DNA from: an uncultured Candidatus Saccharibacteria bacterium
GTDB taxonomy: Bacteria; Patescibacteriota; Minisyncoccia; Phycocordibacterales; UBA12445
NCBI GenBank assembly: GCA_964531375.1
Contig: CAZHDO010000001.1
Span: 2,282-66,281 of the forward strand
Direction of reading: 5' to 3'
Length of the DNA: 64,000 nt
In this document: positions 10,130 through 20,358 of the stretch, in pieces
Position numbering within the stretch: position 1 is the stretch's first letter
Layout of the letters: the number at the start of each line of letters is the position of its first letter
Translations under genes and position numbers: made by a program
Notes under the pieces: generated by a model
What the model was told of the DNA's origin: nothing
What the model saw: the letters and a program-made list of their open reading frames with translations, nothing else
Database searches by the model: none

Positions 10130-10777
10130 ATGAGTGATTTTAAGGAACACTACGATAATAAAAAGGAGGTTTATGGAATAAGCAAGACTAGAAAGAAAAA
10201 AATCTTTCAGCTTCTTGGTGACGTAAAATATAAAAAGATATTGGACTTTGGGTGTGGCGGGGGTCATCTCGGAAAGGTTTTTATGGGAGACGGCAACTAT
10301 GTTTGTGGCGTTGATATATCCAGAAAATCAGTTGATGTTGCAAAAAAAGTAATAAACGAGGCTGTTTGTATTGATGCTCAACAAGAAAAGTTGCCTTACA
10401 AAGATGAGTTTTTTGATATAATAATAATGGGAGAGATAATAGAGCATCTACTTGAACCAGAAAGGGTCATGCTTGAGATTAAAAGAGTGTTGAATAAAGA
10501 TGGTTTTGTTATTATAACTACCCCCAATTTTTTAGTTTTTTCTAATAGGATTAAGATGTTGTTGGGTAAATTTGAATACACCGAGACCGGTTTTTTGGAC
10601 AGGGGACACGTTCATTTTTTCCAATTCGATTCATTTAGGAAAATGATTGATGGTTCTGGTCTTAAGGTTGATATGTATAATAACGTTTATCATGGAAAAA
10701 TACCTGAATTTATGGGTAGGTTGTGGCCGAATTTATTCGCTTTTCAAATTGTAGCTAAGGTGTCTAAGAAAAAATAA
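10130..10777 (+). CDS. Class I SAM-dependent methyltransferase
   Basis: ILDFGCGGG, EIIEHL, TTPN. Confidence 0.9.
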   Translation: MSDFKEHYDNKKEVYGISKTRKKKIFQLLGDVKYKKILDFGCGGGHLGKVFMGDGNYVCGVDISRKSVDVAKKVINEAVCIDAQQEKLPYKDEFFDIIIMGEIIEHLLEPERVMLEIKRVLNKDGFVIITTPNFLVFSNRIKMLLGKFEYTETGFLDRGHVHFFQFDSFRKMIDGSGLKVDMYNNVYHGKIPEFMGRLWPNLFAFQIVAKVSKKK

Positions 10778-11757
10778 TGTTAAAAATAGCTGTTATAAAT
10801 CCTCCAAATGGAGATGGGTTGGCGCGAACTGTTTTTGACGGTCTTATTCAGTTAAAGAAAAAAGGAATTGTTAATTCTTTTAAGTATCCAAATAAATTTT
10901 CCTATCCCATAGAAGGTTTGGCAGAAAATTATACAGAAAATGTAAGTGAATTTATTAACTTTGCAAATGAATCAGATTTTATTTTTTTGATTTGGGGTAA
11001 GGGGTGTACAGATTTTTCTTTGGCAAATAAGATTAATTTGTGGGGTAAAACCATTTTTTTGGATGGTTCGGAGATTGGTAAAAACGGAAGGTATGATTTT
11101 GAAATTCAAAAAAAGATAGTAAAGGGAGAATATACCGGAAATGGTAAGATTGACATAGACATGCTTAAAAAATGTCCTCTTTATTTAAAAAGAGAAAAGC
11201 CTTATAAAGATGGGGTTTTGCCACTTCCTTTTGGTATTGAGGACGCTTATGTTAAAAATTTTTCCAGAGAAATAAAGAAAGATATAGATTTTTTCTGTGT
11301 CTTTGGTCAAGATGAGTACCCTTTAATGAGGAGGTATTCCAAAGAAATTCTTATCGAGTTTTGTGCCAAAAATAATTTTTCCTGTTTTACAGAGAAAGTG
11401 GAAAGGGACGAGTTTTATAAAAAATTAGCTAGGTCAAAAGTAGGGATCTCTGTTGGTGGTGGGGGTTATGATACATTAAGATTCTGGGAAATATTGGGTA
11501 ATAATTGCCTTCTTCTAACAGAAAAAATTGACATATACGAGCCTGATTTGAATAGATTAAAATATGAAAGAATCTGGCAATTTAATGATCTATTTGATTT
11601 TGAGCACCAATTAAACAAAATAGGGAAATATCTAAGAGGCGGATATTCTCAAGCAAGTTTGGAATTGGAGTATGAAAAAATAATATCTGAGCATTCCTCA
11701 GAATCGAGGGTTTTGGAAATAATAAACAAAGCTAAAGGGGTAGGATTGGTAAAATAG
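10777..11757 (+). CDS. Putative glycosyltransferase (GT-B-like C-terminus)
   Basis: SKVGISVGGGGYDTLRFWEILGNNCLLL motif; position inside the glycan operon. Confidence 0.6.
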   Translation: MLKIAVINPPNGDGLARTVFDGLIQLKKKGIVNSFKYPNKFSYPIEGLAENYTENVSEFINFANESDFIFLIWGKGCTDFSLANKINLWGKTIFLDGSEIGKNGRYDFEIQKKIVKGEYTGNGKIDIDMLKKCPLYLKREKPYKDGVLPLPFGIEDAYVKNFSREIKKDIDFFCVFGQDEYPLMRRYSKEILIEFCAKNNFSCFTEKVERDEFYKKLARSKVGISVGGGGYDTLRFWEILGNNCLLLTEKIDIYEPDLNRLKYERIWQFNDLFDFEHQLNKIGKYLRGGYSQASLELEYEKIISEHSSESRVLEIINKAKGVGLVK

Positions 11758-11760
11758 AAG

Positions 11761-12654
11761 ATGATAACAAAATGTAACATTTGCGATAATGTGTCATTAT
11801 TTCTTCTAAAAAAGGATGGTTTTTCTGTTTTTAAATGTCAAAAATGCGACCTCTCTTTTGTTTTTCCTCAACCGACTCCTGATATGCTTAGGGGCAGTGT
11901 TTATTCCGGGAAATATCAAGCTAACAAAATCGCAGAGCTTAAAAAAGTTGCATTAGATAGTAAAAAAATAAGGATTATTGATTATATTAAGGCAAATATT
12001 CAAAAAGGAAAAAAAATTCTCGATATTGGTTGTTCAAACGGCGAATTTATTTTTAAATTAAAAGAAATTGGATATGAATGTTTTGGTGTAGAGTTAAATA
12101 AAGGGACTTATGAGATTGCTAAAAATAACGGACTAAATGTGCAGAATTGTATTCTTGAAGAAGCGGGTTTTAAAGATTCTTTTTTTGATGTAATTTTTCT
12201 GGGTGACATAATAGAGCATGTTGCAGATCCTGATAATTTTATAAGAGAATGTCGCAGGATATTAAAAAGTGAGGGGATTATTATTATTTCAACTCCGAAT
12301 ATGGATTGTTTTTGGTCAAAAAGTACCTTGATACTATATAATATTTTTGGAATTCCTTGGTCATCTGTAACGCCTCCTTATCATTTGTATCAGTTTTCTG
12401 TGGATAATTTGGATTTATTGATGAAAAATTTTAATTTTATTGTAAAAGACGGTTGGTTCTCAGGGCCTCCAGTGTTAAAATATGAGTTAGGACAGACCCA
12501 TGTTTGGGGTAATTTTAAGAGAGATAAAAGTCTTGGAAATATAGTAAAATTATTATTAACCGCTATTCTTTATCCCGCATTATACTCTATTAATATATTA
12601 ACAGCTCCGCTAAATCAAAAGGATTTTGGAATGGTTCGTGTTTATAAAAAATGA
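11761..12654 (+). CDS. Class I SAM methyltransferase with N-terminal Zn-binding Cys pairs
   Basis: CNIC...CQKC, ILDIGCSNG, DIIEHV. Confidence 0.9.
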   Translation: MITKCNICDNVSLFLLKKDGFSVFKCQKCDLSFVFPQPTPDMLRGSVYSGKYQANKIAELKKVALDSKKIRIIDYIKANIQKGKKILDIGCSNGEFIFKLKEIGYECFGVELNKGTYEIAKNNGLNVQNCILEEAGFKDSFFDVIFLGDIIEHVADPDNFIRECRRILKSEGIIIISTPNMDCFWSKSTLILYNIFGIPWSSVTPPYHLYQFSVDNLDLLMKNFNFIVKDGWFSGPPVLKYELGQTHVWGNFKRDKSLGNIVKLLLTAILYPALYSINILTAPLNQKDFGMVRVYKK

Positions 12655-13265
12655 AAAACTGGGAAATATTTTTTAATGAAAAAATAAGAAAAATCTTTTT
12701 GGAAAAAAAAGAAATTATTGATATTGGTGGTGGTTTAAGGATAGATAAAAAAAAGAATAACCGATACGATAAGAGTAGGGAGTGGATTATTCCACTTTTG
12801 GATAGTGTGGATTACAAAATAATGGACCCTGTTTCTGATTATAATCCCGATATTGTCGGAGATATTCACAATATGCCATTCAAAGATAATTCTAAAGATG
12901 CTTTAATTTGCATAGCGGTTCTGGAGCATGTTGAGAATCCGATTAAAGCTTCGGCAGAGATTTTTAGGATTTTAAAAAAGGATGGTTATGCTTTTGTCTA
13001 TACTCCTTTTTTGTATTACTATCATGCAGAGAGGGGGTATTATAAAGATTATTGGAGGTTTACTGAAGATGTGTTAAGGATGATGTTTAAGGACTTTTCT
13101 GAAATAGAAATTTGCCCTGTTCGTGGCGCTTTGGGTACTTGGATAAGATTGAGTCCGTTAGGAAGATATCCTTTCGTGGAAAATATTTTTTATTACTTCG
13201 ATAAGGTTTTTGGAAAACTCAATTCAAAACAAGTTAGTGGATACAATATTTTTTTAAAGAAATGA
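12651..13265 (+). CDS. Class I SAM methyltransferase
   Basis: IDIGGG, GDIHNMPF, VLEHV, DYWRFT. Confidence 0.87.
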   Translation: MKNWEIFFNEKIRKIFLEKKEIIDIGGGLRIDKKKNNRYDKSREWIIPLLDSVDYKIMDPVSDYNPDIVGDIHNMPFKDNSKDALICIAVLEHVENPIKASAEIFRILKKDGYAFVYTPFLYYYHAERGYYKDYWRFTEDVLRMMFKDFSEIEICPVRGALGTWIRLSPLGRYPFVENIFYYFDKVFGKLNSKQVSGYNIFLKK

Positions 13266-14377
13266 AATTATTTTATATTGCAAATGCTAGGATTCCGACA
13301 GAAAAAGCTCATGGTATTCAGATAATGAAAACATGCGAGGCTCTGTCGAAACAAGGAATAGAGGTTGAACTTATTGTTCCCAATAGGGATAATAATATAA
13401 ACGAGGACCCTTTTTATTATTATAAAATAGAGAGAAATTTTAATATAAAAAAAATATATTCTCCCGATTTAGTAAGATTCGGAAAGGCGGGGGTTCTTTT
13501 CCAATACTTGTTTTTTTCTTGGGTTTCTTTATTTTATTGCTTGAAGGGGAAAGTAGATTTTTTTTATTCTCGAGATGAATTGCCAATTTGGTTTTTGAGT
13601 TTATTTGGTAAAAAAGTTTTTTGGGAAAGTCATAATGGTAAGTGGAATTTCCTTGTTTCAAGTATAGTAAAAAGAGCCTCTGGAACAGTAACAATATCTC
13701 AGGGTATAAAAAATTTCTTTATTAACAAGGGGATTAAAGAGGATAAAATTTTTGTATCTCCAGATGCAGTAGATCTCAAAGACCATGTAGGAACAACAAA
13801 AGACGAAGCTAGAAAAAAAGTTGGCCTGCCTTCCGATAAAAAAATTATTCTATATACAGGGCATTTATATGGTTGGAAAGGAGTAAATACCCTCGCTGAA
13901 TCGGCAAAGTCTTTTGACGAAATGAATTTATTTGTCTTTGTTGGTGGCACAGAGGGTGACGTAAATTCATTTAAGCAAAAGTATTCAGACACAAAGAATA
14001 TTCTAGTTCTTGGACAAAAACCACATTCTGATATACCACTCTATCTGAGTTCCGCCGATGTTTTAGTTCTTCCAAATAGTGGCAAGGAGGATATTTCACG
14101 TCTTTATACCTCACCAATGAAGCTTTTTGAGTATATGGCTAGTGGTAGGCCCATAATTGCTTCAAATTTGCCATCTATAAGGGAGATATTGAATGAAGAT
14201 AATGCTGTATTTTTCGAATCAGATAACCCTGGCGACTTAAGCCGGTCTATTAAAAAAGTTTTGGGCGACAAGGAACTTGGTGATAGAATTTCAAAACAGT
14301 CGCTCTTAGATGTTAAGAAATATACTTGGGAAAATAGAGCAAAGAACATAATAAATTTTATAAATGCTAAAAGATAA
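13262..14377 (+). CDS. Glycosyltransferase family 4
   Basis: YTGHLYGWKG and SPMKLFEYMASGRPIIAS. Confidence 0.92.
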   Translation: MKLFYIANARIPTEKAHGIQIMKTCEALSKQGIEVELIVPNRDNNINEDPFYYYKIERNFNIKKIYSPDLVRFGKAGVLFQYLFFSWVSLFYCLKGKVDFFYSRDELPIWFLSLFGKKVFWESHNGKWNFLVSSIVKRASGTVTISQGIKNFFINKGIKEDKIFVSPDAVDLKDHVGTTKDEARKKVGLPSDKKIILYTGHLYGWKGVNTLAESAKSFDEMNLFVFVGGTEGDVNSFKQKYSDTKNILVLGQKPHSDIPLYLSSADVLVLPNSGKEDISRLYTSPMKLFEYMASGRPIIASNLPSIREILNEDNAVFFESDNPGDLSRSIKKVLGDKELGDRISKQSLLDVKKYTWENRAKNIINFINAKR

Positions 14378-15071
14378 AAATTTTTACAACAAGGAAAGTG
14401 TTTCTTACTCGTCGAAAAGGTACCCAGAAGTTACGTCTAGTTATATTCAGTTCTTTTTTAAGAAGAGGTTGGTTTTTGTTTTAAGAGAACTAAGCAAAAT
14501 TGTAGGAAATAAAAAAGATTTGGCTCTTTTGGAAATAGGTTGTGCTGATGGTGTGGTTCTTAGAAATATTTACAAAGAAAGTGTGTATAATTTTTCTGAA
14601 ATGATTGGAATAGACACCTCAGATGGAATGATAAAAGAGGCGGGGATAATAGATTCAGATAAAAATATAAAATATTATGTCAGGGGGTGTGAACCGCAAG
14701 GTAAAAAGTTTGATATTGTTATAGAGGTCGGTGTTGCTAATTACGCCAATATAGACGAAGAGTTAAAATACGCAAAAAATAATCTAAAACAAGGTGGTGT
14801 ATATATTCTTTCCTTGGCGGGAAGTGATTCCCTGCATGGGTATTTTTGGAAGGGAATTGGCTATAATAATTTTTTAAATTATTCTGAATACGAAAACAAG
14901 ATAGCTGAGTTTTTTAAAATAGAAAAGATAATTCCAGTTGGCTTTTATGTGCCTTTTATTTGGAAGTTGCCAGTTATGGCTAGATTAATTCAACCGATTG
15001 TCGAGTTTATTTTTGGACCAATACTTCCAAATTTATTCCACGAAAAAATTTATATACTAAAAATTAAGTAA
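14364..15071 (+). CDS. Class I SAM methyltransferase
   Basis: LLEIGCADG, GIDTS. Confidence 0.83.
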   Translation: MLKDKNFYNKESVSYSSKRYPEVTSSYIQFFFKKRLVFVLRELSKIVGNKKDLALLEIGCADGVVLRNIYKESVYNFSEMIGIDTSDGMIKEAGIIDSDKNIKYYVRGCEPQGKKFDIVIEVGVANYANIDEELKYAKNNLKQGGVYILSLAGSDSLHGYFWKGIGYNNFLNYSEYENKIAEFFKIEKIIPVGFYVPFIWKLPVMARLIQPIVEFIFGPILPNLFHEKIYILKIK

Positions 15072-15144
15072 CCCTTCGTCGTTGCGCACCACAGGGGTAT
15101 TTCTTGTTTATTAATTCGTTACACTCATGAGTAAACAAAGTCAG

Positions 15145-15160
15145 TTTTAGACGAAGCAAT
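15145..15160 (+). repeat. 16-bp direct repeat, copy 1 (left flank of TA module)
   Basis: ttttagacgaagcaat, identical to 15869-15884. Confidence 0.85.
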
Positions 15161-15233
15161 CCAGGAATCTTAGAAGGTCTGAATTATTATAAGCTTTTGC
15201 TTTCGCGATGGTGTTTTTTTGTGTAACTCCAAA

Positions 15234-15497
15234 TTACTCATATAATTCTCCATGTGTACCAAGAAGCAAGAATAAAATAATATCTCTGTTTTTGTTTTCT
15301 CTGAATATTGCTCGGTAGTCACCTGTAATATTTATACTTCTACAGCCTTCGTATTCACCATGGAGGGTGTGATTGTTGAGTAGGGGGTGGAATTTATCAT
15401 TAATATATAAACTTACTTTTTCAAAAACCATTTTTCTTATAATCTTGTCACTTTTCTCAAGTTTTTTCAGGAATTTTTTAGAATAATCTATTCTCAT
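15234..15497 (-). CDS. Type II toxin, RelE/YafQ-family mRNA interferase
   Basis: 87 aa; HTLHGEYEGCRSINITGDYRAIF and C-terminal GTHGELY. Confidence 0.9.
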   Translation of the reverse strand: MRIDYSKKFLKKLEKSDKIIRKMVFEKVSLYINDKFHPLLNNHTLHGEYEGCRSINITGDYRAIFRENKNRDIILFLLLGTHGELYE

Positions 15498-15500
15498 AAA

Positions 15501-15785
15501 TTATTTTTCAGCTATTTTGTGTAAATAGTCCAGAGCGTCTTCTGTATTATTAAAAGAGACAACATCTCCGTTTTTTACTTGTTCCATTGCCTCGGCCATA
15601 GATTTCTTAAAGTACTCAGTATATTCGCCCTCTCTAATATCAGAAGTAATCTTTTTCTCCCTTGTAAAATTTCTAAGAAGCACATTTAAAACATCGCTCA
15701 ATTTAAGCCCCATTTCTTCGGCAATACTTTGAGCTTCTTTTTTAACTTTCTCTTCGGTTCTAAAATTTATTATTGTTGTAGCCAT
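15501..15785 (-). CDS. Type II antitoxin, RelB/DinJ family
   Basis: INFRTEEKVKKEAQSIAEEMGLKLSDVLN ribbon-helix-helix; directly upstream of toxin. Confidence 0.9.
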   Translation of the reverse strand: MATTIINFRTEEKVKKEAQSIAEEMGLKLSDVLNVLLRNFTREKKITSDIREGEYTEYFKKSMAEAMEQVKNGDVVSFNNTEDALDYLHKIAEK

Positions 15786-15797
15786 ATGTTTTAATTA

Positions 15798-15834
15798 ATA
15801 CATTGTATTTATAGTGTATATACATTGTACACTA
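15798..15834. promoter_or_regulatory. Probable TA autoregulatory operator
   Basis: Two copies of near-palindromic atacattgta (15798, 15820) plus inverted repeat tagtgta...tacacta just upstream of the antitoxin start. Confidence 0.6.
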
Positions 15835-15868
15835 ATTCAAAAAAATAACAAGTTTTGTCTTTGTGGGT

Positions 15869-15884
15869 TTTTAGACGAAGCAAT
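15869..15884 (+). repeat. 16-bp direct repeat, copy 2 (right flank of TA module)
   Basis: ttttagacgaagcaat, identical to 15145-15160. Confidence 0.85.
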
Positions 15885-15903
15885 TAAGGTTTAATCTATT
15901 TTT

Positions 15904-16818
15904 TTATATCCTCATCCAATTTTCTGGGATTAGATCCTTTGTGTTTGTTGTTGAGTTAAACCATTGCTGAGGGGCAATAACTATTTTGTTTTTATTTTCA
16001 TTAAGCCAGGCGCCCCACCAGGAAAATGAACTATTGGCGATTATATTGTGTCTGCACCTGCTCATGATTATCAGTTCTTCATAATCGGGAATATTTTTAT
16101 CTGATACGAAGTAGGTAGGGAAGTTAATTTTTAGATTATTTTTTGCCCATTCTATGTCATCAGAGAAAATAAAGAATTCGGGATTTTTAATTTTTTCAGA
16201 AATTATTTTCACGGCTCTTAGGTAGTAGCCCACATCACAGATACCATGAAATTGGTTTGTTTTTGTGTTACTTACATAATCGCCCCTGCGTATGTGTAGG
16301 GAGACGGAATTGCTTTTTTCTATTTTTTTTATCCATTCTTCTGTTTTTGGGGTTGGTTTGTCTTTGAGAGTAAATTCTTTTCTTATAATATTTTCAATGT
16401 CTTTAAAATATTTTTCTGTTTGCCAAACACCGCTTAAATAACAACCGTTTTTGATTTCGAGTATTTCTGGATGAAAAACAAAAGAAGGTTCAGTTATAAA
16501 AATTTTTTTGTTTAGAGGTTTAAGATTTTCCTTAAGGCGAAAAATTTTCCTTTTTATTTTTCCAAACAAACTCAAATCGCACATATTTGGTAATTCAATA
16601 TTCCTTTCGTCATTGTTGTTAATTTTTCTGAAATTGCAATTAAAATAACCTAAAGTAAAATCTCTTCTTGTGTCAGTTGTTTTATTGTTTTGGAAAAAAG
16701 AAGTATCCAAGACAAGCTCAATTTTGTTTTTTATTGCCAAATTCCTTCCAATCGCATATTGGAACATCTGATTTCCTAGCCCTCCGGATATTCGTGATAT
16801 TATAATTTTATTATTCAT
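15904..16818 (-). CDS. Alpha-1,2-fucosyltransferase-like protein (GT11)
   Basis: GGLGNQMFQYA, HIRRGDY, NSSFSWWGAWL. Confidence 0.93.
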   Translation of the reverse strand: MNNKIIISRISGGLGNQMFQYAIGRNLAIKNKIELVLDTSFFQNNKTTDTRRDFTLGYFNCNFRKINNNDERNIELPNMCDLSLFGKIKRKIFRLKENLKPLNKKIFITEPSFVFHPEILEIKNGCYLSGVWQTEKYFKDIENIIRKEFTLKDKPTPKTEEWIKKIEKSNSVSLHIRRGDYVSNTKTNQFHGICDVGYYLRAVKIISEKIKNPEFFIFSDDIEWAKNNLKINFPTYFVSDKNIPDYEELIIMSRCRHNIIANSSFSWWGAWLNENKNKIVIAPQQWFNSTTNTKDLIPENWMRI

Positions 16819-16819
16819 C

Positions 16820-18052
16820 TTAATTCAATAATTTCATATATTCAGCCTCATATCTTTCTGATATTTTTTCCCATGTAAATTTATTCAACCACGCCTCGCG
16901 CCCATTATTTCCGAGCTCTTTTCTTTTTTTGGTATTTAAACAAAGCTCTTCAAATATTTTTATAGATTTATTTATATCGACTTTCGCATATTGTATATCA
17001 GGATTCCAAAGATTAAATCCAATCCTAATTAAAAACTTTTTAAGATATTTTTTAATTTTTTCTATATAATTTTCACCCAGTATAATATTTTGGTAAGTTG
17101 GCAATAAAATACCCCCATTTGACCACTCTATTATTTCTTTTGTGTTTCCGACTTCGCTTGTAAGAAACGGTATTCCAGCAGCCATGGCTTCGAACAGTAC
17201 AATGGGGGAACATTCTGTATTTGATGGAAAAAGGAAAATGTCTGATTCCTTATATACTGAAACTGTATCTTCTCTGTTAAGTTCCTTAATTAAGATATTT
17301 TTATTGTTTTTTTTAAATGAAACAGTGCTATTAAGTTTTTCGCTTTCTTCTTTGGTTTTTTTGGAGCAAAAGTTGTCTCCATTTCCAATTAGTAATAAGG
17401 TTGCGTTTTTAATATTAGCTTTAGAAAATATTTCTATTGCTTCGTAGTGGCCTTTTACTCCAGTAAATGAACCAACGTGTAATATTAATAAATTATTTTT
17501 GTTGATTTTTAATTTTTCTTTAATATTTAGTGTTTTTATGTCAAAAAACTCTTCCTTACTAGCACCATTTGGTATTATTGTTATTTTGCTCTCGGGTACA
17601 TTATTTATTCGAGCAAAATTAATATCTTGATAGTTATTTGATAGAAAAATGTTGAGGTCATATTGCGCCAGCCATGTTTTCATATTTTCAAAATACGTTT
17701 TATGAGTTTTTGACTGTAACGCATTAAAGCCAGTGGGAACAAATACTTTTTTTGCTTTAATTTTTTGTAAAATAGGAAGCATAAGGTCGGTCATTGGTTG
17801 TTGAGCTGCAAAGTTTGTGATTATGTCAAAATCAGAATCAATTAAATAATCTTGATATCTTTTTATTTCATTTTCTTTTGAAAAATCGAAAAGCTCTACG
17901 TTTATGTTACTGCTGTAGTTATCGGGCTTTCTACCAGAAGCGATTGTTATTTCATGACCTCTTTTTTTAAGATTTTCTGATATTTGCCTAACTACTTCGT
18001 ACATTCCACCAGCCAGGGAGGAGTATGATTTTACTGTGTGTAATATCTTCAT
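16820..18052 (-). CDS. Glycosyltransferase family 4
   Basis: FLFPSNTECSPIVLFEAMAAGIP. Confidence 0.9.
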   Translation of the reverse strand: MKILHTVKSYSSLAGGMYEVVRQISENLKKRGHEITIASGRKPDNYSSNINVELFDFSKENEIKRYQDYLIDSDFDIITNFAAQQPMTDLMLPILQKIKAKKVFVPTGFNALQSKTHKTYFENMKTWLAQYDLNIFLSNNYQDINFARINNVPESKITIIPNGASKEEFFDIKTLNIKEKLKINKNNLLILHVGSFTGVKGHYEAIEIFSKANIKNATLLLIGNGDNFCSKKTKEESEKLNSTVSFKKNNKNILIKELNREDTVSVYKESDIFLFPSNTECSPIVLFEAMAAGIPFLTSEVGNTKEIIEWSNGGILLPTYQNIILGENYIEKIKKYLKKFLIRIGFNLWNPDIQYAKVDINKSIKIFEELCLNTKKRKELGNNGREAWLNKFTWEKISERYEAEYMKLLN

Positions 18053-18053
18053 C

Positions 18054-18674
18054 TTATTTTACTGTTACAATATTTAAAGATATGGGTTCTTTGAATGGTT
18101 CGTTTGCAAGAGAGGCGTCACTTATTCCGTGACTTTTGGTGAATTTTACTGGATCATATTCTGATATTTTTTTAAATCCAGCCTCCTCCAGTAAAAGGGT
18201 TAGCCAGTTTAAGTTGAATCCAGTTTTGTGAAAATCGTATTCTGAACTTTGTCCTCCATAAATTAAACCATTCCATGGGGCATTACCTCTTTTTTGAAAG
18301 TGGTCCCAGTTTTTATTATATATTTTAACTATCTTATCCATATCAGGAACAGAAATTCTAAGTTCACCACCTTCTTTGAGTAGTTTGTGACATAATTTTA
18401 AGATGACTCTTACCTCATTTTCTGAAAAATGCTCAAATATGTGCGAAGCATATATCTCCGATACACTTTCGTGTTTTATAAACAGAGGAAGGTTTTTTAG
18501 TTCGCACAAGAGGTCTGTTTCTCTCATAAAAAGAGAATCCACATTGATATAATTTTTCATCCTCACTCCACCCGCCCCTAGGTTTAATTTTAGATTGTCT
18601 TTGAATCTTAAAAAAAGTGAATTATAGATGACTCTTTTTACAGTTTTCAATCCAAGAATTATTTTTTCAAGCAT
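18054..18674 (-). CDS. SAM-dependent methyltransferase
   Basis: LNLGAGG, SHIFEHF, LRISVPD. Confidence 0.85.
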   Translation of the reverse strand: MLEKIILGLKTVKRVIYNSLFLRFKDNLKLNLGAGGVRMKNYINVDSLFMRETDLLCELKNLPLFIKHESVSEIYASHIFEHFSENEVRVILKLCHKLLKEGGELRISVPDMDKIVKIYNKNWDHFQKRGNAPWNGLIYGGQSSEYDFHKTGFNLNWLTLLLEEAGFKKISEYDPVKFTKSHGISDASLANEPFKEPISLNIVTVK

Positions 18675-18684
18675 AGTATTTATT

Positions 18685-20355
18685 TTATGAATTAAGTATT
18701 TTATTCATTATTTTTTTTATCTTAATATCACGATCTTCTTTGTTCTGTATCTCTTTCCAATTTGATGAATTGAATAGATGAAGCCAGTCGCCGATATATT
18801 CTATCATATCTGAATGGGGATCATTTCCTTCTCGTATGTTTTCATAATAATGTCTTGGAAAAGATAATTTATCCTTGTCTATTTTAGAATAAATGTTTTT
18901 CCAGTTTAGACCACCTGTATCTACTAAGATGCCTTGTGCAGTGCCACTTAAGAAGTTCGGTATCTCTTTTATTATGTTTGCGTTAAAGAAGCAAAAGTTA
19001 CCCCATAAGTACCACAAATTTTGCCTTTCTTGGTAATGTCCCCAGATAGGTTGTGTTTTTAGGAAGTTAGTAATAGAAGCTGGTCTAATAGGGAATATGT
19101 CGTGGTCTATAAAACCAAAATATTTTGACTTTCTTTTTGAAAAATAGTTTCTATATATCCAATTCATTGATGCTCCGTGGGAGGCTGATCTGGTTAGTGG
19201 GTTGTTCGGAAGTTTTAAATAGGGGATATCGTGCTCTTTGCATAGGTTGAATATTTTTTCTGATGTTTCTTTGTCTGTAGAATTGTCGAAGATTGTATAA
19301 CTATATTTATCCTTAATATTTTTTTTAATAAGCTTGATTTGGTATTCTATTACCTCGGCGTTGTTGAAGGCTATAGAGCCAATGTCTAAAACTTCTTTGT
19401 TTTTTAATTCTTCATCTTTGTAATTTATTTTAAAGCATTTTACGGCAGGGGTATTGTAGAATTCTGTTTCTTTTGTTTTTAGATACAGAAAATTATAAAA
19501 TTCTTTAATTTTATTTACGACAACATCCTTTTTGATTAATTTTTTAATTATTTGCTTGAAATTATGAAAAAGAAGCTGACTGGATAGTTTTAACTCAGTT
19601 CTTTTTGAAAGTAGTTTGTATTCTGTTTTGTTTTCTTGTGGTAATAGCCAGTTATATAAATTTTTAAATACTTCTATTTTTCTTGAGATGTTGTTTTTGT
19701 AAGAATCAATCGATATTCCTCTAATGCTTTGGTTAGGGTTGTCGTAGTAATTAAGTAATGGTTCGTCGATATATGTAAAATTTGTGTTGGTAAGAATCTT
19801 AAGCCAAAGATTATAGTCCTCCATTGCTTTCAATTCTTTCTCCTCAGAAAAACCACCGCAGGAATCAAACACATTCTTTTTAACCAAGACAGAGCTATTT
19901 ATTATCCAATTATCCCTGAGTTCCTTTTTAAAATTTATTCGGTTGTTTTGGTGATTGGTGTGGAAAATGGTTTTTTCTCCGTTGGGTTTGATTTTATACG
20001 CATTTGTACAGATAGCTAAGGTTTTTTCTTTTTCCACTAAGGTTAATTGTTTTTCTAGTTTATCTGGTAACCATTCATCATCGCTATCCAAAAAAGCCAG
20101 CCATTCTCCTTTTGCTATTTTAGCTCCTTTGTTTCTTGGTACAGCCGGAAGTCCACTGTTTTTTTCACTTTTAATAAATTTGACTCTAGAGTCTTTTTTA
20201 ATAAAATTATCAACTATTTCTTTTGTATTATCTGTGGAGTTGTCGTCGCATATAATAATTTCTATTTCTTTTACATCCTGCACAAGGACGCTTTTAACAG
20301 CTCTTTTAATAGTTCCCGCTCTGTTGTACGTTGGTATTATTACAGATACTTTCAT
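18685..20355 (-). CDS. Two-domain glycosyltransferase (GT2 plus a second GT-A-like domain)
   Basis: N-terminal VSVIIPTYNR/DDNSTD/FLDSDD; C-terminal half with IFDNS and GFIDHDIFP (DxD). Confidence 0.85.
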   Translation of the reverse strand: MKVSVIIPTYNRAGTIKRAVKSVLVQDVKEIEIIICDDNSTDNTKEIVDNFIKKDSRVKFIKSEKNSGLPAVPRNKGAKIAKGEWLAFLDSDDEWLPDKLEKQLTLVEKEKTLAICTNAYKIKPNGEKTIFHTNHQNNRINFKKELRDNWIINSSVLVKKNVFDSCGGFSEEKELKAMEDYNLWLKILTNTNFTYIDEPLLNYYDNPNQSIRGISIDSYKNNISRKIEVFKNLYNWLLPQENKTEYKLLSKRTELKLSSQLLFHNFKQIIKKLIKKDVVVNKIKEFYNFLYLKTKETEFYNTPAVKCFKINYKDEELKNKEVLDIGSIAFNNAEVIEYQIKLIKKNIKDKYSYTIFDNSTDKETSEKIFNLCKEHDIPYLKLPNNPLTRSASHGASMNWIYRNYFSKRKSKYFGFIDHDIFPIRPASITNFLKTQPIWGHYQERQNLWYLWGNFCFFNANIIKEIPNFLSGTAQGILVDTGGLNWKNIYSKIDKDKLSFPRHYYENIREGNDPHSDMIEYIGDWLHLFNSSNWKEIQNKEDRDIKIKKIMNKILNS

Positions 20356-20358
20356 TTT

